Part shown: positions 24,796-35,130 of the stretch, piece after piece
Numbering within the stretch: position 1 is the stretch's first letter
Layout: every line of letters begins with the position of its first letter
Assembly: GCA_026395755.1 (NCBI GenBank)
Contig: JAPLYC010000075.1
Coordinates: 1-59,646, forward strand
Length of the DNA stretch: 59,646 nt
Source: Candidatus Parcubacteria bacterium
GTDB lineage: Bacteria > Patescibacteriota > Patescibacteriia > CAIXNZ01
Direction of reading: 5' to 3'
Translations under genes and position numbers: made by a program
Notes under the pieces: model-generated
Database searches by the model: none
Told to the model about the DNA's origin: nothing
Seen by the model: the letters and a program-made list of their open reading frames with translations, nothing else

Positions 24796-25746
24796 CTAGG
24801 GCTGTAAAATATCCTCCGTCCTTCCGTCAATAGATACCACTACATTTTTAATTGCTGAAAATTGTTTCAGGGTTTCAGTAATCTGCGCGGCAATAGCAGC
24901 GACGCGGCAGGAGCCGCCAACTTGGAATTCCAGTGTTTTATCAAAGTCAGCATAAGCGGCTCCGTCTTTAATAGTGATTTTTTGCAGCTTCACGCCTGAA
25001 TTAATTGAAGTAAAAAATTTCTGGTCTATTTCAGAGGCTGTCGGGCCTTTTAATAATTCTTCTATTGCGGCTTGAGCCGTAGTTTGGATTTTAGAGATTA
25101 GACGGTCAACCGGAAATACTTTGGTGCAATCTAAAGCTCCAGGATTTTTCGTCTCACTGCCAAAAAATACTTTGACGCTCATTGTTTCTACGCCTTTGAG
25201 TTTGACCGGAATTTCCACCTTCTCGTCATTTTCCGGTAAGCCTGAAGGATTGTCTTTCATTAAGACTAAAGTGCCGTTTTGATCTTTGGCTACTAAAAAT
25301 TCCAAAGTAGCTTTAAAAGGTACAAATTGATCAGTCATCCAGTCGCCTTGAGCCTGAGCCGGGACAGCGGCAATTTCTTTGCCGGTTTCGTCCAGTAATT
25401 TAACAGGGAAGCTAGCTTCAAAATACCAGGTGCGGGCAGAGCCGGTAATGGTTACCGGGCTGGTTAATTCATCATTTGTCTGAGGGAAATCAACTATAAT
25501 ATTGGGATTTGTTACCGGGGGAATGGCATTAATATTGGAGTTATTGTTAGCGTTATAGTTATTGTTTACAACAGTGCCGCAGCCTGTTGTCGGCATTGAG
25601 GCATTGGGATTGCCATGTTTGACCCAAACGCCGTTTTGGCACAGCCAGGTGTCCTCAGTGGAAAATTTAAAATAAGCAATCGTACCCAGAGCCAGGATAA
25701 TCACTATTGCCAGAGCCGTAAGAATAACTTGTAATTGTTTGGACAT
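24796..25746 (-). CDS. Gmad2 Ig-like plus GerMN domain protein
   Basis: TM anchor; EDTWLC.NG.WVKHGNP; G.AR.WYFEASFPV; DNPSGLPEN; LLKGPT; GGSCRV.AI.AQI..TLKQF. Confidence 0.85.
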   Translation of the reverse strand: MSKQLQVILTALAIVIILALGTIAYFKFSTEDTWLCQNGVWVKHGNPNASMPTTGCGTVVNNNYNANNNSNINAIPPVTNPNIIVDFPQTNDELTSPVTITGSARTWYFEASFPVKLLDETGKEIAAVPAQAQGDWMTDQFVPFKATLEFLVAKDQNGTLVLMKDNPSGLPENDEKVEIPVKLKGVETMSVKVFFGSETKNPGALDCTKVFPVDRLISKIQTTAQAAIEELLKGPTASEIDQKFFTSINSGVKLQKITIKDGAAYADFDKTLEFQVGGSCRVAAIAAQITETLKQFSAIKNVVVSIDGRTEDILQP

Positions 25747-25764
25747 AATAAACACATTTAATTT

Positions 25765-26352
25765 TTATTTAAAGTCAATTTTTATTTGCCAATTTGGCGC
25801 GGCTAAACCGATTAAACGCTCAATTTCTTTTTGAGTATTGATCTTTGCATCGGCCACCAGTTTTTCCTGGCTGGCAGTAACTTGCGCCTGCTCTTTTAAT
25901 TTATTTAAGGCTAAATTATAACCGTCATCGTTGTTAAAAACTTTTTTTAAAATGCCCTGAGTATTTTTTAATTCAATATCACCCATTAATTCCGTGCTTT
26001 GAATTTCAATGGCCGGCAATTTGATTGTTATTTGTTTATCTGCCAATTGCACATCTTCAGCGTTTAGTTTGGTTAAATCCACTCCGGAGCTTACTTTCAT
26101 CACTGCGCTGGCTTCGATTTCCTGGCCCCAGAAAAAATCCCTCCACATCACTCCGGTATTTTTATCGATTGTCACCTTTTGATCCAAAATATAAGTTTGG
26201 GTAATTAGAAACCCCTCATTTTTTAAAGTCTGCAAAATAGTCTGGGAGTTAATCTGTTCTTTGACTATCTGCGGTTTGAAAATAAGAAAGCCAAAAAAAA
26301 TGCCCGCAATAAAAATAATGATAAACAGGGCTAAGGTTAAATAATATTTCAT
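25765..26352 (-). CDS. DUF4230-like membrane-anchored protein
   Basis: N-terminal TM; V.SGVDLTKL...I.I.LP..EI; A..N....I..L. Confidence 0.65.
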   Translation of the reverse strand: MKYYLTLALFIIIFIAGIFFGFLIFKPQIVKEQINSQTILQTLKNEGFLITQTYILDQKVTIDKNTGVMWRDFFWGQEIEASAVMKVSSGVDLTKLNAEDVQLADKQITIKLPAIEIQSTELMGDIELKNTQGILKKVFNNDDGYNLALNKLKEQAQVTASQEKLVADAKINTQKEIERLIGLAAPNWQIKIDFK

Positions 26353-26379
26353 AAGCTTTACGTTTAAATAATAAAAGTG

Positions 26380-26637
26380 TTAAATTTTAAATTCGTCAGA
26401 ATTTGGGTTTTTTTGAAAACGTTTGACCAGATAATAAAGTCCGACATTGGGAATTTTATTTAGTTCGGGTACATCTTGGCCATTTAGTGTTATGGCAAGT
26501 TTAGCCTTTTGGCATTGAGGACAAGACACTTTTTTCCAAAAGCGGCCGCTGATTTTGAAATTTTTAGCAGAATCTTCAAAGCCGCAATTTACGCATTTAA
26601 ATTTTAGATAGTATTTTGGGGTTTCTTGGTTAGCCAT
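26380..26637 (-). CDS. Small Zn-ribbon hypothetical protein
   Basis: CVNCG...CPQC. Confidence 0.55.
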   Translation of the reverse strand: MANQETPKYYLKFKCVNCGFEDSAKNFKISGRFWKKVSCPQCQKAKLAITLNGQDVPELNKIPNVGLYYLVKRFQKNPNSDEFKI

Positions 26638-26740
26638 ATATTTATTTTTACACTTTAATTTTAGCGAAAAAACAGGGAAAAGTCCACCAGGGGGCTTTTC
26701 CCGACAAAAATAAAAACCCCTCGATAAAAAGGATTTTTAT

Positions 26741-26800
26741 TATATTCGGGGCGAGAGGATTTGCCCCGCGAAGCGGGATCCCGCTTCGCGGGAAACTCTT
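26741..26800 (-). pseudogene. Duplicated 3' end of tRNA-Pro(GGG) with a 30-bp palindrome in the T-loop
   Basis: TATATTCGGGGCG....GATTTG[insert]AACTCT repeats 26808-26836; perfect 28-bp palindrome at 26765-26792. Confidence 0.7.
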
Positions 26801-26812
26801 TTACGTATATAT

Positions 26813-26887
26813 TCGGGGCGGAGAGATTTGAACTCTCGATCTTCGGACCCCCAGCCCGACGCCTTAGACCAACTGGGCCACGCCCCG
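26813..26887 (-). tRNA. tRNA-Pro(GGG)
   Basis: CGGGGCGTGGCCCAGTTGGTCTAAGGCG-TCGGG-CTGGGGG-TCCGA...GAGAGTTCAAATCTCTC-CGCCCCGA; no encoded CCA. Confidence 0.9.
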
Positions 26888-27000
26888 CGGATTCGTCAAA
26901 CGTTAAAAGGTTACGACGCTCGTATCGTTATACGGTTATCGTATATCGTGATATTTTAATATTACTTTAGACCAGCTTAAAAATCAACAGTTAGTAACCA

Positions 27001-27031
27001 AAAAATCCTCCCGCGTCGCGGGGGGATTTTT
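27001..27031 (-). terminator. Intrinsic terminator
   Basis: AAAAATCCTCCCGC-GTC-GCGGGGGGATTTTT. Confidence 0.75.
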
Positions 27032-27044
27032 GTATGAGAACAGT

Positions 27045-27191
27045 TTATTTAGCTGCGCCAATTTTAAACATTTTTGTGCCACAGACTGGACAGATGCCTG
27101 TAACTGCTGGTCTGCCATTTTTCATTTTAATTTCCTGAGCATCTTTCATTTCTTGTTTAGCTTTACATTTTACACAGTAAGCTTGGGTCAT
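27045..27191 (-). CDS. DUF5679-like small Zn-binding protein (48 aa; not in ORF track)
   Basis: MTQAYCVKCKAKQEMKDAQEIKMKNGRPAVTGICPVCGTKMFKIGAAK. Confidence 0.85.
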   Translation of the reverse strand: MTQAYCVKCKAKQEMKDAQEIKMKNGRPAVTGICPVCGTKMFKIGAAK

Positions 27192-27257
27192 AGGAATTTT
27201 TCATGTTAATAATTATCCTTAATCTAATTATACCTAATTTTAGGTAAAAACGCAAAT

Positions 27258-27437
27258 TTAAGCTTTGGCCGCCTTATTTTGATTGCGCATGCAGCTGGTG
27301 CAGATTTTAGTTTTCTTGCCATTGATTTTCTTAGTCTGCAGGTTTAAATATTTCTTGGTCAGGGTCTTTATGTTTGAATGGCTTCGGCTGGCGCTGCTTA
27401 AAGGGCCGCGGCCGCAGATTTCACAAGTTCGTGACAT
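27258..27437 (-). CDS. rpmB: 50S ribosomal protein L28 (not in ORF track)
   Basis: MSRTCEICGRGP.....RSHSNIKT......NLQ....KICTSC. Confidence 0.92.
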   Translation of the reverse strand: MSRTCEICGRGPLSSASRSHSNIKTLTKKYLNLQTKKINGKKTKICTSCMRNQNKAAKA

Positions 27438-27551
27438 AATGGTATTATTGTTAGTAATGAATAAATAAGGTCTTTAGGTGGATAGAGCTTGAGGCTCTTA
27501 GTCCATGGCTTATATGATAGCGTAAATACTTAAATTAATCAAGCTTTTCCT

Positions 27552-28184
27552 ATGGATTCATATGTAATTTCACTAATAGTCGGTTTTATAGCTTTTTTTC
27601 TGGCTTTGACAGTTCATGAATTTTCGCATGCTTTGACAGCCTATTATTTAGGGGATAGGACAGCTCAAGATGCCGGCAGATTAACTTTAAATCCCTTAGC
27701 TCATATTGATCTATTTGGCACGGTTTTATTGCCGTTATTTTTAATTTTAAGCCAAGCAGGCATAGTTTTTGGCTGGGCAAAACCAGTACCCGTCAATTAT
27801 TATAATTTAAAAGATCAAAAATGGGGACCAGCCTTAGTTTCCTTAGCTGGGCCAGCAGCTAATCTTATATTTTGTGTATTTTGTGTATTATTTTGGCAAT
27901 TAATGAAAAATTATTTAACATTTAGTTTTAATACTTTGTTAGTTCCATTTATTGCTTCACTTATTGAAGTCAATATTGTTTTAATGGTTTTTAATCTAAT
28001 TCCCATCCCTCCGCTTGACGGCTCTAAAATTTTATTTGCGATTTTGCCGGATAAATATGAGAGTTTTAAGATCTTTTTAGAAAGAAATGGCATTCTTATC
28101 CTGATTATTTTTATATTTTTTGGTTCTAGTCTGTTATATCCGCTTATTAATTTTTTTAAAAGTCTATTAGTGCCTTTTCTTTGA
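27552..28184 (+). CDS. Site-2 protease (M50 family)
   Basis: HEFSH; LAGPAAN; FNLIPIPPLDG. Confidence 0.93.
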   Translation: MDSYVISLIVGFIAFFLALTVHEFSHALTAYYLGDRTAQDAGRLTLNPLAHIDLFGTVLLPLFLILSQAGIVFGWAKPVPVNYYNLKDQKWGPALVSLAGPAANLIFCVFCVLFWQLMKNYLTFSFNTLLVPFIASLIEVNIVLMVFNLIPIPPLDGSKILFAILPDKYESFKIFLERNGILILIIFIFFGSSLLYPLINFFKSLLVPFL

Positions 28185-28291
28185 GCATGCTTGAAACTTT
28201 TTAGAATTGTTTAGTTTTTTTTTGGTTTTAACTGTTAAGTCCGGTTTTTTAGCTCCACGGGAGCCCTTCCAGGGCTAAAATATGGACTCTC

Positions 28292-28320
28292 TTGACAATA
28301 AACGCATTAAAGTATAAAAT
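28292..28320 (+). promoter_or_regulatory. str operon promoter
   Basis: TTGACA-17 bp-TAAAAT. Confidence 0.7.
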
Positions 28321-28402
28321 AAAATTACAATTTATTCGAGTTGCAAATTAGTTGAGTTATTAACTAATTATAATTTTAGAAAATTATAATTTTTTATTTA
28401 TT

Positions 28403-28828
28403 ATGCCAACCATCAATCAATTAGTCAGGAAAAATAGACAAGGAACCAAAAAGAAAACCAAAACCCCGGCCTTGGAAAGTGTTTTTAATACTATCAAAAG
28501 AAAACGCAAGGCTATGTCTAGCGGCAATCCTTTTAAGCGCGGTGTTTGCTTGAAAGTATCGACTATTACGCCTAAAAAACCGAATTCAGCTTTGCGTAAA
28601 ATAGCCAGGGTCAGATTATCCAATGGTATGGAAGTTACCGCTTATATTCCCGGCGAAGGCCACAATCTGCAGGAACACTCTATTGTTATGCTTCGCGGTG
28701 GCAGGGTAAAGGATTTAACAGGTGTCCGCTATCACATTATCCGTGGTCGTTATGATACTCAGGGTGTGGAAAATCGACGCAAGGGCCGATCACTTTACGG
28801 TCAAAAGCGACCCAAAGATAAGAAATAA
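28403..28828 (+). CDS. rpsL: 30S ribosomal protein S12
   Basis: [32 protein letters not shown]. Confidence 0.98.
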   Translation: MPTINQLVRKNRQGTKKKTKTPALESVFNTIKRKRKAMSSGNPFKRGVCLKVSTITPKKPNSALRKIARVRLSNGMEVTAYIPGEGHNLQEHSIVMLRGGRVKDLTGVRYHIIRGRYDTQGVENRRKGRSLYGQKRPKDKK

Positions 28829-28830
28829 TT

Positions 28831-28925
28831 TAATTTAAGTAATTAGGAATTAAGTAATTAGGAATTAGATATCGGATTAATTTATCATATTTCTAATGCC
28901 TAATTCCCAATACCCAATAGCTAAT
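28831..28925. repeat. Empty inverted short-repeat element (AATTAGG / CCTAAT-type arms)
   Basis: TAAGTAATTAGGAAT twice, then TTCTAATGCCTAATTCCCAATACCCAATAGCTAAT. Confidence 0.6.
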
Positions 28926-28935
28926 ATTTAATTAT

Positions 28936-29406
28936 ATGAGAGGTAAGCAAGCACCTAAAAGACCTATTCAGCCTGATGCCAAATTTAATAACGCGCAGAT
29001 AGGGAAATTCATCAGTTATTTAATGCGTCGCGGCAAAAAATCAACTGCTCAAAATATTGTCTATGACTGTTTTGATAATATTTCAGTCAAAACCAAACAA
29101 GATCCTTTGGAGGTTTTTGACGCTGCTATCAAAAATGTCGGCCCCTCATTGGAAGTTAAGGGCCGCAGAATCGGCGGCGCCAATTATCAGATTCCTTTTC
29201 CGGTGAAAACTGAAAGACGATATCAATTAGCCTGCCGCTGGATTATCATTGCGGCGCAAAAAAGAAAAGGGCGATCTATGGCTGATAAATTGGCTATGGA
29301 AATCATTGATGCGGCCAATAGTCAGGGCGAGGCCTTTAAGAAAAAAGTTGATGCTCATAAAATGGCTGACGCTAATCGCGCCTTTGCCCATTTTGCCCGT
29401 TACTAA
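28936..29406 (+). CDS. rpsG: 30S ribosomal protein S7
   Basis: GKKSTA; RRIGGANYQIP; HKMADANRAFAHF. Confidence 0.98.
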   Translation: MRGKQAPKRPIQPDAKFNNAQIGKFISYLMRRGKKSTAQNIVYDCFDNISVKTKQDPLEVFDAAIKNVGPSLEVKGRRIGGANYQIPFPVKTERRYQLACRWIIIAAQKRKGRSMADKLAMEIIDAANSQGEAFKKKVDAHKMADANRAFAHFARY

Positions 29407-29525
29407 ACCCCACAGAATTACAGATTTATACAGATATCTATACAAATTACGCTATAACTTTAAACTTTTAATTTTGTCAGCCAAAGGCTGATCCGCCCTT
29501 GGCGGAAACTTTTAACTTATTTTTT

Positions 29526-31601
29526 ATGCCCCGTGAGTATACACTAGAAAAAACAAGAAACATAGGCATTATGGCCCATATTGACGCCGGTAAAACTACA
29601 GTTACCGAGCGTGTTTTATTTTATACCGGTAAAAAACATAAAATCGGTGAAGTTCATGAGGGCGCTGCTGAAATGGACTGGATGGAACAGGAAAAAGAAA
29701 GAGGCATTACCATTACCGCCGCCGCCACCACCTGTTTTTGGAAAGATCACCGCATAAATATTATTGATACTCCCGGTCATGTTGATTTTACCGTGGAAGT
29801 TGAAAGATCTTTGCGTGTTTTGGACGGCGCTGTTGCGGTTTTCGACGGTTCTCAGGGCGTAGAGCCACAATCAGAAACAGTCTGGCATCAGGCAGCTAAA
29901 TATGATGTCCCCAGAATCGCGTTTGTAAATAAAATGGATAAAATGGGAGCTGATTTTTATATGACCTTGGATTCAATTGCAGAACGTTTGTCTATGCATG
30001 CCGCTGCCATGCAATTGCCTATCGGAGCTGAAGAAACTTTTAGCGGTTTGATTGATTTGTTAGATCGCAAAGCCTATAATTTCGAAGGTGAATATGGACA
30101 GAATGTCGTGGAAATTCCCATTCCCGAAGATATGAAAGAAAAAGTAGAAAAATACCGCAAGATTTTGCTGGAAAAGGTAGCGGAAAACGATGAGGATTTA
30201 ATGAATAAATATTTAGCCGGCGAAGATTTGGATATAATTCAAGTTCGCCAGGTAATGAGAAAAGCTACCATATCCAATGATTTTCATCCGGTATTATGCG
30301 GTTCAGCCTTAAAAAATATTGGGGTGCAAATGATGCTTGATGCAGTGGTTTCATTTTTGCCTAATCCATTGGAAATCCCACCGGTTACTGGCAAAAATCC
30401 GGATACGGGGGCTGAAGAAATCAGAAAAGCATCCGATGATGAACCGTTTGCCGCTTTAGCCTTTAAATTAGCTACGGATCCTTTTGTGGGTAAATTGGTA
30501 TTTTTTCGCGTTTATTCCGGTAGCTTAAAAGCTGGTTCTTATGTTTTAAATACTAAGACAGGAAATAAAGAAAGAATCGGCCGTATTGTACGCTTACATG
30601 CCAATTCCCGGGAAGATGTTGATGAAGTTTTTTCCGGAGAAATCGCCGCGGCAATCGGCTTAAAAAATACCGTGACGGGTAATACTTTGTGTGATGAAAA
30701 AAAACCGATTATTTTAGAAGAAATTATTTTTCCTGAACCGGTTATTTCCGTAGCCATTGAGCCCAAAACCAAAGCTGACCAGGAAAAAATGGGCATGGCC
30801 ATGCAAAAGCTGGCCGAAGAAGATCCGACTTTTAAAATTCATACCGATGACGAAACTTTACAGACTATTATTTCCGGTATGGGTGAATTGCATCTGGATA
30901 TTATTGTTGACCGCATGAAAAGAGAATTTAAAGTTGAAGCCAATGTCGGCGCTCCCCAAGTTGCTTATAAGGAAACCATTAAAGGCTCTGCAGAGGGTGA
31001 AGGTAAATATATTAAACAATCGGGCGGCAGAGGCCAATACGGTCATTGCTGGGTTAAAGTTGAACCGCGTGATCGTTCAGAAGGCTTTGAATTTGTTGAT
31101 GATATTAAAGGCGGTGTAATTCCCCGTGAATTTATCGCTCCCATTGAAAAAGGCGTCAAGGAATCTTTAACCAAGGGCATTTTGGCCGGTTATCCGGTAG
31201 TTGATGTTAAAGTTACTGTATATGACGGCTCGTATCATGATGTCGATTCTTCTGAGATTGCTTTTAAAATCGCCGGTTCCATGGCTTTTGTGGAAGCAGC
31301 CAAAAAGGCCAAACCAGTTATTTTAGAGCCGATTATGAAAATCCAGGTCACTACCCCGGAGCAATTTATGGGTGATGTTATCGGCGATTTGAATTCCAAA
31401 CGCGCTCAGATTTCTCAGATGACAGAAAAAGTCAAATTAAAAGTCATTGACGGCTTAGTACCGCTTTCGGAAATGTTCGGCTATGCCACCTCCTTGAGGT
31501 CGTTGACTCAGGGTCGCGCTAATTATGTCATGGAATTTGATCATTACCAGGAAGTACCATCAAATGTTGCGCAGAAGATTATTGCAGGTAAAATGAAATA
31601 A
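29526..31601 (+). CDS. fusA: Elongation factor G
   Basis: [27 protein letters not shown]; start moved to ATG 29526. Confidence 0.98.
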   Translation: MPREYTLEKTRNIGIMAHIDAGKTTVTERVLFYTGKKHKIGEVHEGAAEMDWMEQEKERGITITAAATTCFWKDHRINIIDTPGHVDFTVEVERSLRVLDGAVAVFDGSQGVEPQSETVWHQAAKYDVPRIAFVNKMDKMGADFYMTLDSIAERLSMHAAAMQLPIGAEETFSGLIDLLDRKAYNFEGEYGQNVVEIPIPEDMKEKVEKYRKILLEKVAENDEDLMNKYLAGEDLDIIQVRQVMRKATISNDFHPVLCGSALKNIGVQMMLDAVVSFLPNPLEIPPVTGKNPDTGAEEIRKASDDEPFAALAFKLATDPFVGKLVFFRVYSGSLKAGSYVLNTKTGNKERIGRIVRLHANSREDVDEVFSGEIAAAIGLKNTVTGNTLCDEKKPIILEEIIFPEPVISVAIEPKTKADQEKMGMAMQKLAEEDPTFKIHTDDETLQTIISGMGELHLDIIVDRMKREFKVEANVGAPQVAYKETIKGSAEGEGKYIKQSGGRGQYGHCWVKVEPRDRSEGFEFVDDIKGGVIPREFIAPIEKGVKESLTKGILAGYPVVDVKVTVYDGSYHDVDSSEIAFKIAGSMAFVEAAKKAKPVILEPIMKIQVTTPEQFMGDVIGDLNSKRAQISQMTEKVKLKVIDGLVPLSEMFGYATSLRSLTQGRANYVMEFDHYQEVPSNVAQKIIAGKMK

Positions 31602-31612
31602 ATTATAAAAAC

Positions 31613-31654
31613 TATAACAAAAACACCCCCGCGCTGCGGGGGTGTTTTTGTTAT
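31613..31654. terminator. Bidirectional terminator
   Basis: ATAACAAAAACACCCCCGC-GCT-GCGGGGGTGTTTTTGTTAT. Confidence 0.85.
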
Positions 31655-31666
31655 ATCGTTAAATCA

Positions 31667-34600
31667 TTATTGCCAGGTCATTATATCCGCTTTAGTTGTA
31701 GTGGGAAAAATTAGGCCGTCAGCATAATCAGAGATGCTGCTGACATTTCGAATCAGATATTTTGCTTGAAATAGTTCATTAAAAAGCTGGAAATTAATCA
31801 TCCTTTTTTTGCTGTTTTCCAGGTAATAAACATTGGGATCATTGAGGTATTGTATTAATGTGCCATTGGTAAATGCGCTTGCGGGTTCGCCCATCTGATA
31901 ATCAGTAAAAAATGTATCAGGGATATCAATAACCAATCTTGACCAATCAATCCCAAAGAGTTGAGCAGCCAATGATTCAGAGCCCAAAGATCTTAATTTA
32001 GCACCCGGTTCCACTAAATAAACCTGGGCCTGGGATTGGATTTTAACTAAGGCGGTCCCGGGTCTGACTGTAATATTTTTACCCATTGAGATTTCGGATA
32101 TAGTTTCAATTGGTATAGTTTTAACTTCAGTGAAATTGGCAAACCAGGTGAAATAGGTCGATTCGTTGGGAAAAGGGTGACGGCAATTATCCATGCCGAT
32201 AAAATAAACAGTTTTGGAATTCTCGATTTTTAGTAAATTACCGATACTTAAGCCTTCGGGTAATTGCTCCGAGCAAAGTATGGGCGCTGGCATTGGTGTT
32301 TCGACGAGAATTTCTTCCGTAACTAAATTTATAGAGTCGGTAATTAAAGGAGAATTTGCCCCCATAAAATTACGAAATTTTACATAAACTGTTTTTTCTC
32401 CAAGACCCGGAAGTAAAGCCCAGGTTCTTGAGCTGCTAAACGGTTCCCAGGTAGCTGTATCGAAAGATGGATCATTGCTGATTAGCATCTGGGTAGCCTG
32501 TGTTGAGGTTAGAGTCAGGGTAACGTTTTCAGATGTAGTTTTCGGTTCATCGACATTGATTACAACTTCGGCCGATCCGTTAAAAATCAGGCCGCTTGAA
32601 CTAGCAGGAGGCCCGATAAAAGCGCCTTCGACAAATTCAAATGTTTTGAGAGAATAGCCGCCATTATATACGAAGGTTGCTACCCCCTGGGCGTTAGATA
32701 CTATTATGTCATAATTAACCGTGTCAACTTTTATGGTGTATTTTGTCCATGGGGCCAGATCGCCAATATTATGAGTTGTTACTATTCCGGCTAAATTGCC
32801 GTCTTCGGTCCATTTTTTATAATGCAATCCCCCAGTATCCCAGGTGGTGATATTTATCTTTATATTGCCTGAATCAGGCGTAGCATTCATATTAATTGTC
32901 TGATAGGCGGATGTTCCGGCTAAGCCTGATAATTCAATCTTAGTCGTTTGATCCGGGTAAATTATTGATTCATGGGCGGCAAAAGGACTGGTAAATTCAC
33001 CTATAACAATATCAGTACTCCCTGTTCCAGCAACAACCAACTCGATGTTATTTGGCTGGGTTAGATTTATTTGTGTTGCGGATAAAACATCAATATCATT
33101 GGTAATATCAAGATCATTTAAACTGGAATTAGATTTAACTGCTGGGTAGGCAGTTGCATAATGAAAGTCAGCATAACTAGGGTCGGCTACAAATGTTTGT
33201 ATATCAGGGCCGTCATTATAAGTCTGGGATAATAATTTAAATTCCAAATCATACCAGGTCCAGGGATAATTCATGGGAATATTTAAGCCAGAAAAAGATC
33301 TGGTAATTTTAGTCCCAGGTTGAGTATAGACATAGGGCTTGATATACAATAAAAAGGGGATATCAATAATGCCGTTAGTAAAGGATAAATCATATCCGGC
33401 ATATTGCGTAAAGCCAATTGTATTATTTGTACCTACACCATTAGAAGCCGGTATCGGTCTGGGAATATTACGATACCATGCCTGGTAATCTATATTGTTC
33501 AGAATCCCGAGGGGATAATCGGGGATTTGTTCAATAGAGTTACCAATCCAAACGTCGCATGCCCATTCATCGTTACTTATAGGTGCTGTTAATTTCAGTG
33601 ATCTGGCATCAGTACCAGCTCCTTGTCCATGAATCGGTAGATCTGGGCTAAAATAATAACGTACAGTTCGTGGAGTCGTCGTTCCAATTAAATAAATAAA
33701 TTGCTTTTCATAGTAGTTGCTAGCTGGTGCGGGTTCAGTAATAGTCACTTTCAATGTATAAGTGCCAGTACGGCTGGGAATAAAAGATCCTGTCACATGA
33801 TTTCCCGATTTGCCCTGGGTAACCACCTCGGCAGGACTGGTGGTTAATGTATAGGTACATGTTGGACAAGCAACAGCCCTAATAGTTTGGAGATAAAAAT
33901 CTATAGGGACTGTGTCTCCGGCATTCCAAGGCCCGCTTTGCGAGGATAACCAGTTAATCATTTCGCTTTTAGCGGCATCAATAATTTGATTATTGCTAAT
34001 TGTTGCTGCTGAAAGAGTTTGGATAGTATTTCTTCCGCGATAAAATTTATTATTACTGATAGTTGATCCAGCCCCGCTGGTAATAGAAGTACGTCCATTA
34101 TAAAGGATTATATTATTATTAAAAGTAAGGTTACTTGAAAAAATTGCAAGAGTATCATTATCTCCTTTATTAATTGTATTTCCTGTAATAACTACATTAT
34201 TAGTATACAAAAGATCTAAGGGTGAACGGCTATCGTCAATAATATTATTTAATATCTGTAGATTATTAATTGGAGTTGCAAAATTAATCCCCCATAAATG
34301 TATACCACTGCTCCAATAACCGTTTATTTTTAAATTTTGGATGATTATATTATTAAAACCAATCCCAGAGATCGCAGTTTTTGATCTTGTAGCATTTAGT
34401 CCTCCGGTAAAATTAAAATTATGATTATTGCCATCAATAGTTATGCCGATTGCTCCAATTGTTAGCCCAGCAGAAGTGCAATTTAAATCAGCAGGAAAAG
34501 TATAATCAGACATTACAGTATCACCGCAGCTGCAGGCGACTGGCACCGGAAGCCCTGGAGCTACAACATCTCCGCAATTAACAGCTGCTTCTACCTTATT

Positions 34601-34690
34601 TAATTTCAAAAAAACAGCAAAACAAATGACGGCTATGAGTAAGCTGGAACAGCAGCCAATAAAAATTTTATGGATATTGGATTTTAGCAT
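31667..34690 (-). CDS. Large secreted protein: beta-helix (NosD/pectin-lyase-like) and Ig-like domains plus C-terminal CPR-type repeat domain
   Basis: Signal/TM segment; CSCGDTV..D.....DL.C...GL.I....ITIDGN.H and I.NN.I repeats; C-terminal L.K......VY.....RHPFPNE.TYFTW domain paralogous to 6015..7466. Confidence 0.75.
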   Translation of the reverse strand: MLKSNIHKIFIGCCSSLLIAVICFAVFLKLNKVEAAVNCGDVVAPGLPVPVACSCGDTVMSDYTFPADLNCTSAGLTIGAIGITIDGNNHNFNFTGGLNATRSKTAISGIGFNNIIIQNLKINGYWSSGIHLWGINFATPINNLQILNNIIDDSRSPLDLLYTNNVVITGNTINKGDNDTLAIFSSNLTFNNNIILYNGRTSITSGAGSTISNNKFYRGRNTIQTLSAATISNNQIIDAAKSEMINWLSSQSGPWNAGDTVPIDFYLQTIRAVACPTCTYTLTTSPAEVVTQGKSGNHVTGSFIPSRTGTYTLKVTITEPAPASNYYEKQFIYLIGTTTPRTVRYYFSPDLPIHGQGAGTDARSLKLTAPISNDEWACDVWIGNSIEQIPDYPLGILNNIDYQAWYRNIPRPIPASNGVGTNNTIGFTQYAGYDLSFTNGIIDIPFLLYIKPYVYTQPGTKITRSFSGLNIPMNYPWTWYDLEFKLLSQTYNDGPDIQTFVADPSYADFHYATAYPAVKSNSSLNDLDITNDIDVLSATQINLTQPNNIELVVAGTGSTDIVIGEFTSPFAAHESIIYPDQTTKIELSGLAGTSAYQTINMNATPDSGNIKINITTWDTGGLHYKKWTEDGNLAGIVTTHNIGDLAPWTKYTIKVDTVNYDIIVSNAQGVATFVYNGGYSLKTFEFVEGAFIGPPASSSGLIFNGSAEVVINVDEPKTTSENVTLTLTSTQATQMLISNDPSFDTATWEPFSSSRTWALLPGLGEKTVYVKFRNFMGANSPLITDSINLVTEEILVETPMPAPILCSEQLPEGLSIGNLLKIENSKTVYFIGMDNCRHPFPNESTYFTWFANFTEVKTIPIETISEISMGKNITVRPGTALVKIQSQAQVYLVEPGAKLRSLGSESLAAQLFGIDWSRLVIDIPDTFFTDYQMGEPASAFTNGTLIQYLNDPNVYYLENSKKRMINFQLFNELFQAKYLIRNVSSISDYADGLIFPTTTKADIMTWQ

Positions 34691-34726
34691 GTAAAAATTT
34701 AAATATTATGGCTTCATTATACCACA

Positions 34727-34820
34727 TTGTGTATAAATAGTGTATAAACTTGTGTACTAATATGTTTATATCTATGTTAATAACCATGTGCATAAACATG
34801 TTGAAAATTTGTTTATAATT
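34727..34820. repeat. Tandem array of about 8 DnaA-box-like 11-12-mers
   Basis: TGTGTATAA (34728) and TGTGCATAA (34787) match TTWTNCACA on the minus strand; six degenerate co-oriented copies. Confidence 0.55.
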
Positions 34821-34870
34821 AGCCTAAAATTGGCTTGACGTAGTTTGGCATTCATAATACAATATATTTA

Positions 34871-34958
34871 CAACCCTACTTGATTACTGAGTTAAGTATC
34901 ATTTTCTCAAATTTTTTGGGATGGGTACTTGGTTCAGTGTCCAAAGCGGGGTTTTTTT
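34871..34958 (+). ncRNA. Candidate hairpin small RNA or leader
   Basis: TTGACG-17-TACAAT promoter (34835-34863). One long G-U-rich stem (AACCC..TACTGAGTTAAGTATC / GGTACTTGGTTCAGTG..GGGTT) ending in T7. Confidence 0.45.
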
Positions 34959-35130
34959 GTTGAGTTAAAAAATTTCTGATAAAGGGGGAACATAAAAGGG
35001 AACACGCTGTTTCCTTTTTATGTTGCCAGTTGTCTCAAAAGGAGGGGCAAGATGATCATTCTCGGAGTTAAGGTATATCGTAGCGTTGAAGCATTAAACG
35101 AAAACAAAAGTGGAAAGGGGGTGCTATAAA

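Noticed and set aside
26761..26970. 69-aa ORF
   Set aside because: Antisense to tRNA-Pro(GGG) and the palindrome.
27283..27468. 61-aa plus-strand ORF
   Set aside because: Antisense shadow of rpmB.
34871..35050. c-di-GMP riboswitch upstream of the HD-GYP-like gene
   Set aside because: No GEMM-I (GCAAA/GAAA tetraloop-receptor) or class II consensus recognisable.
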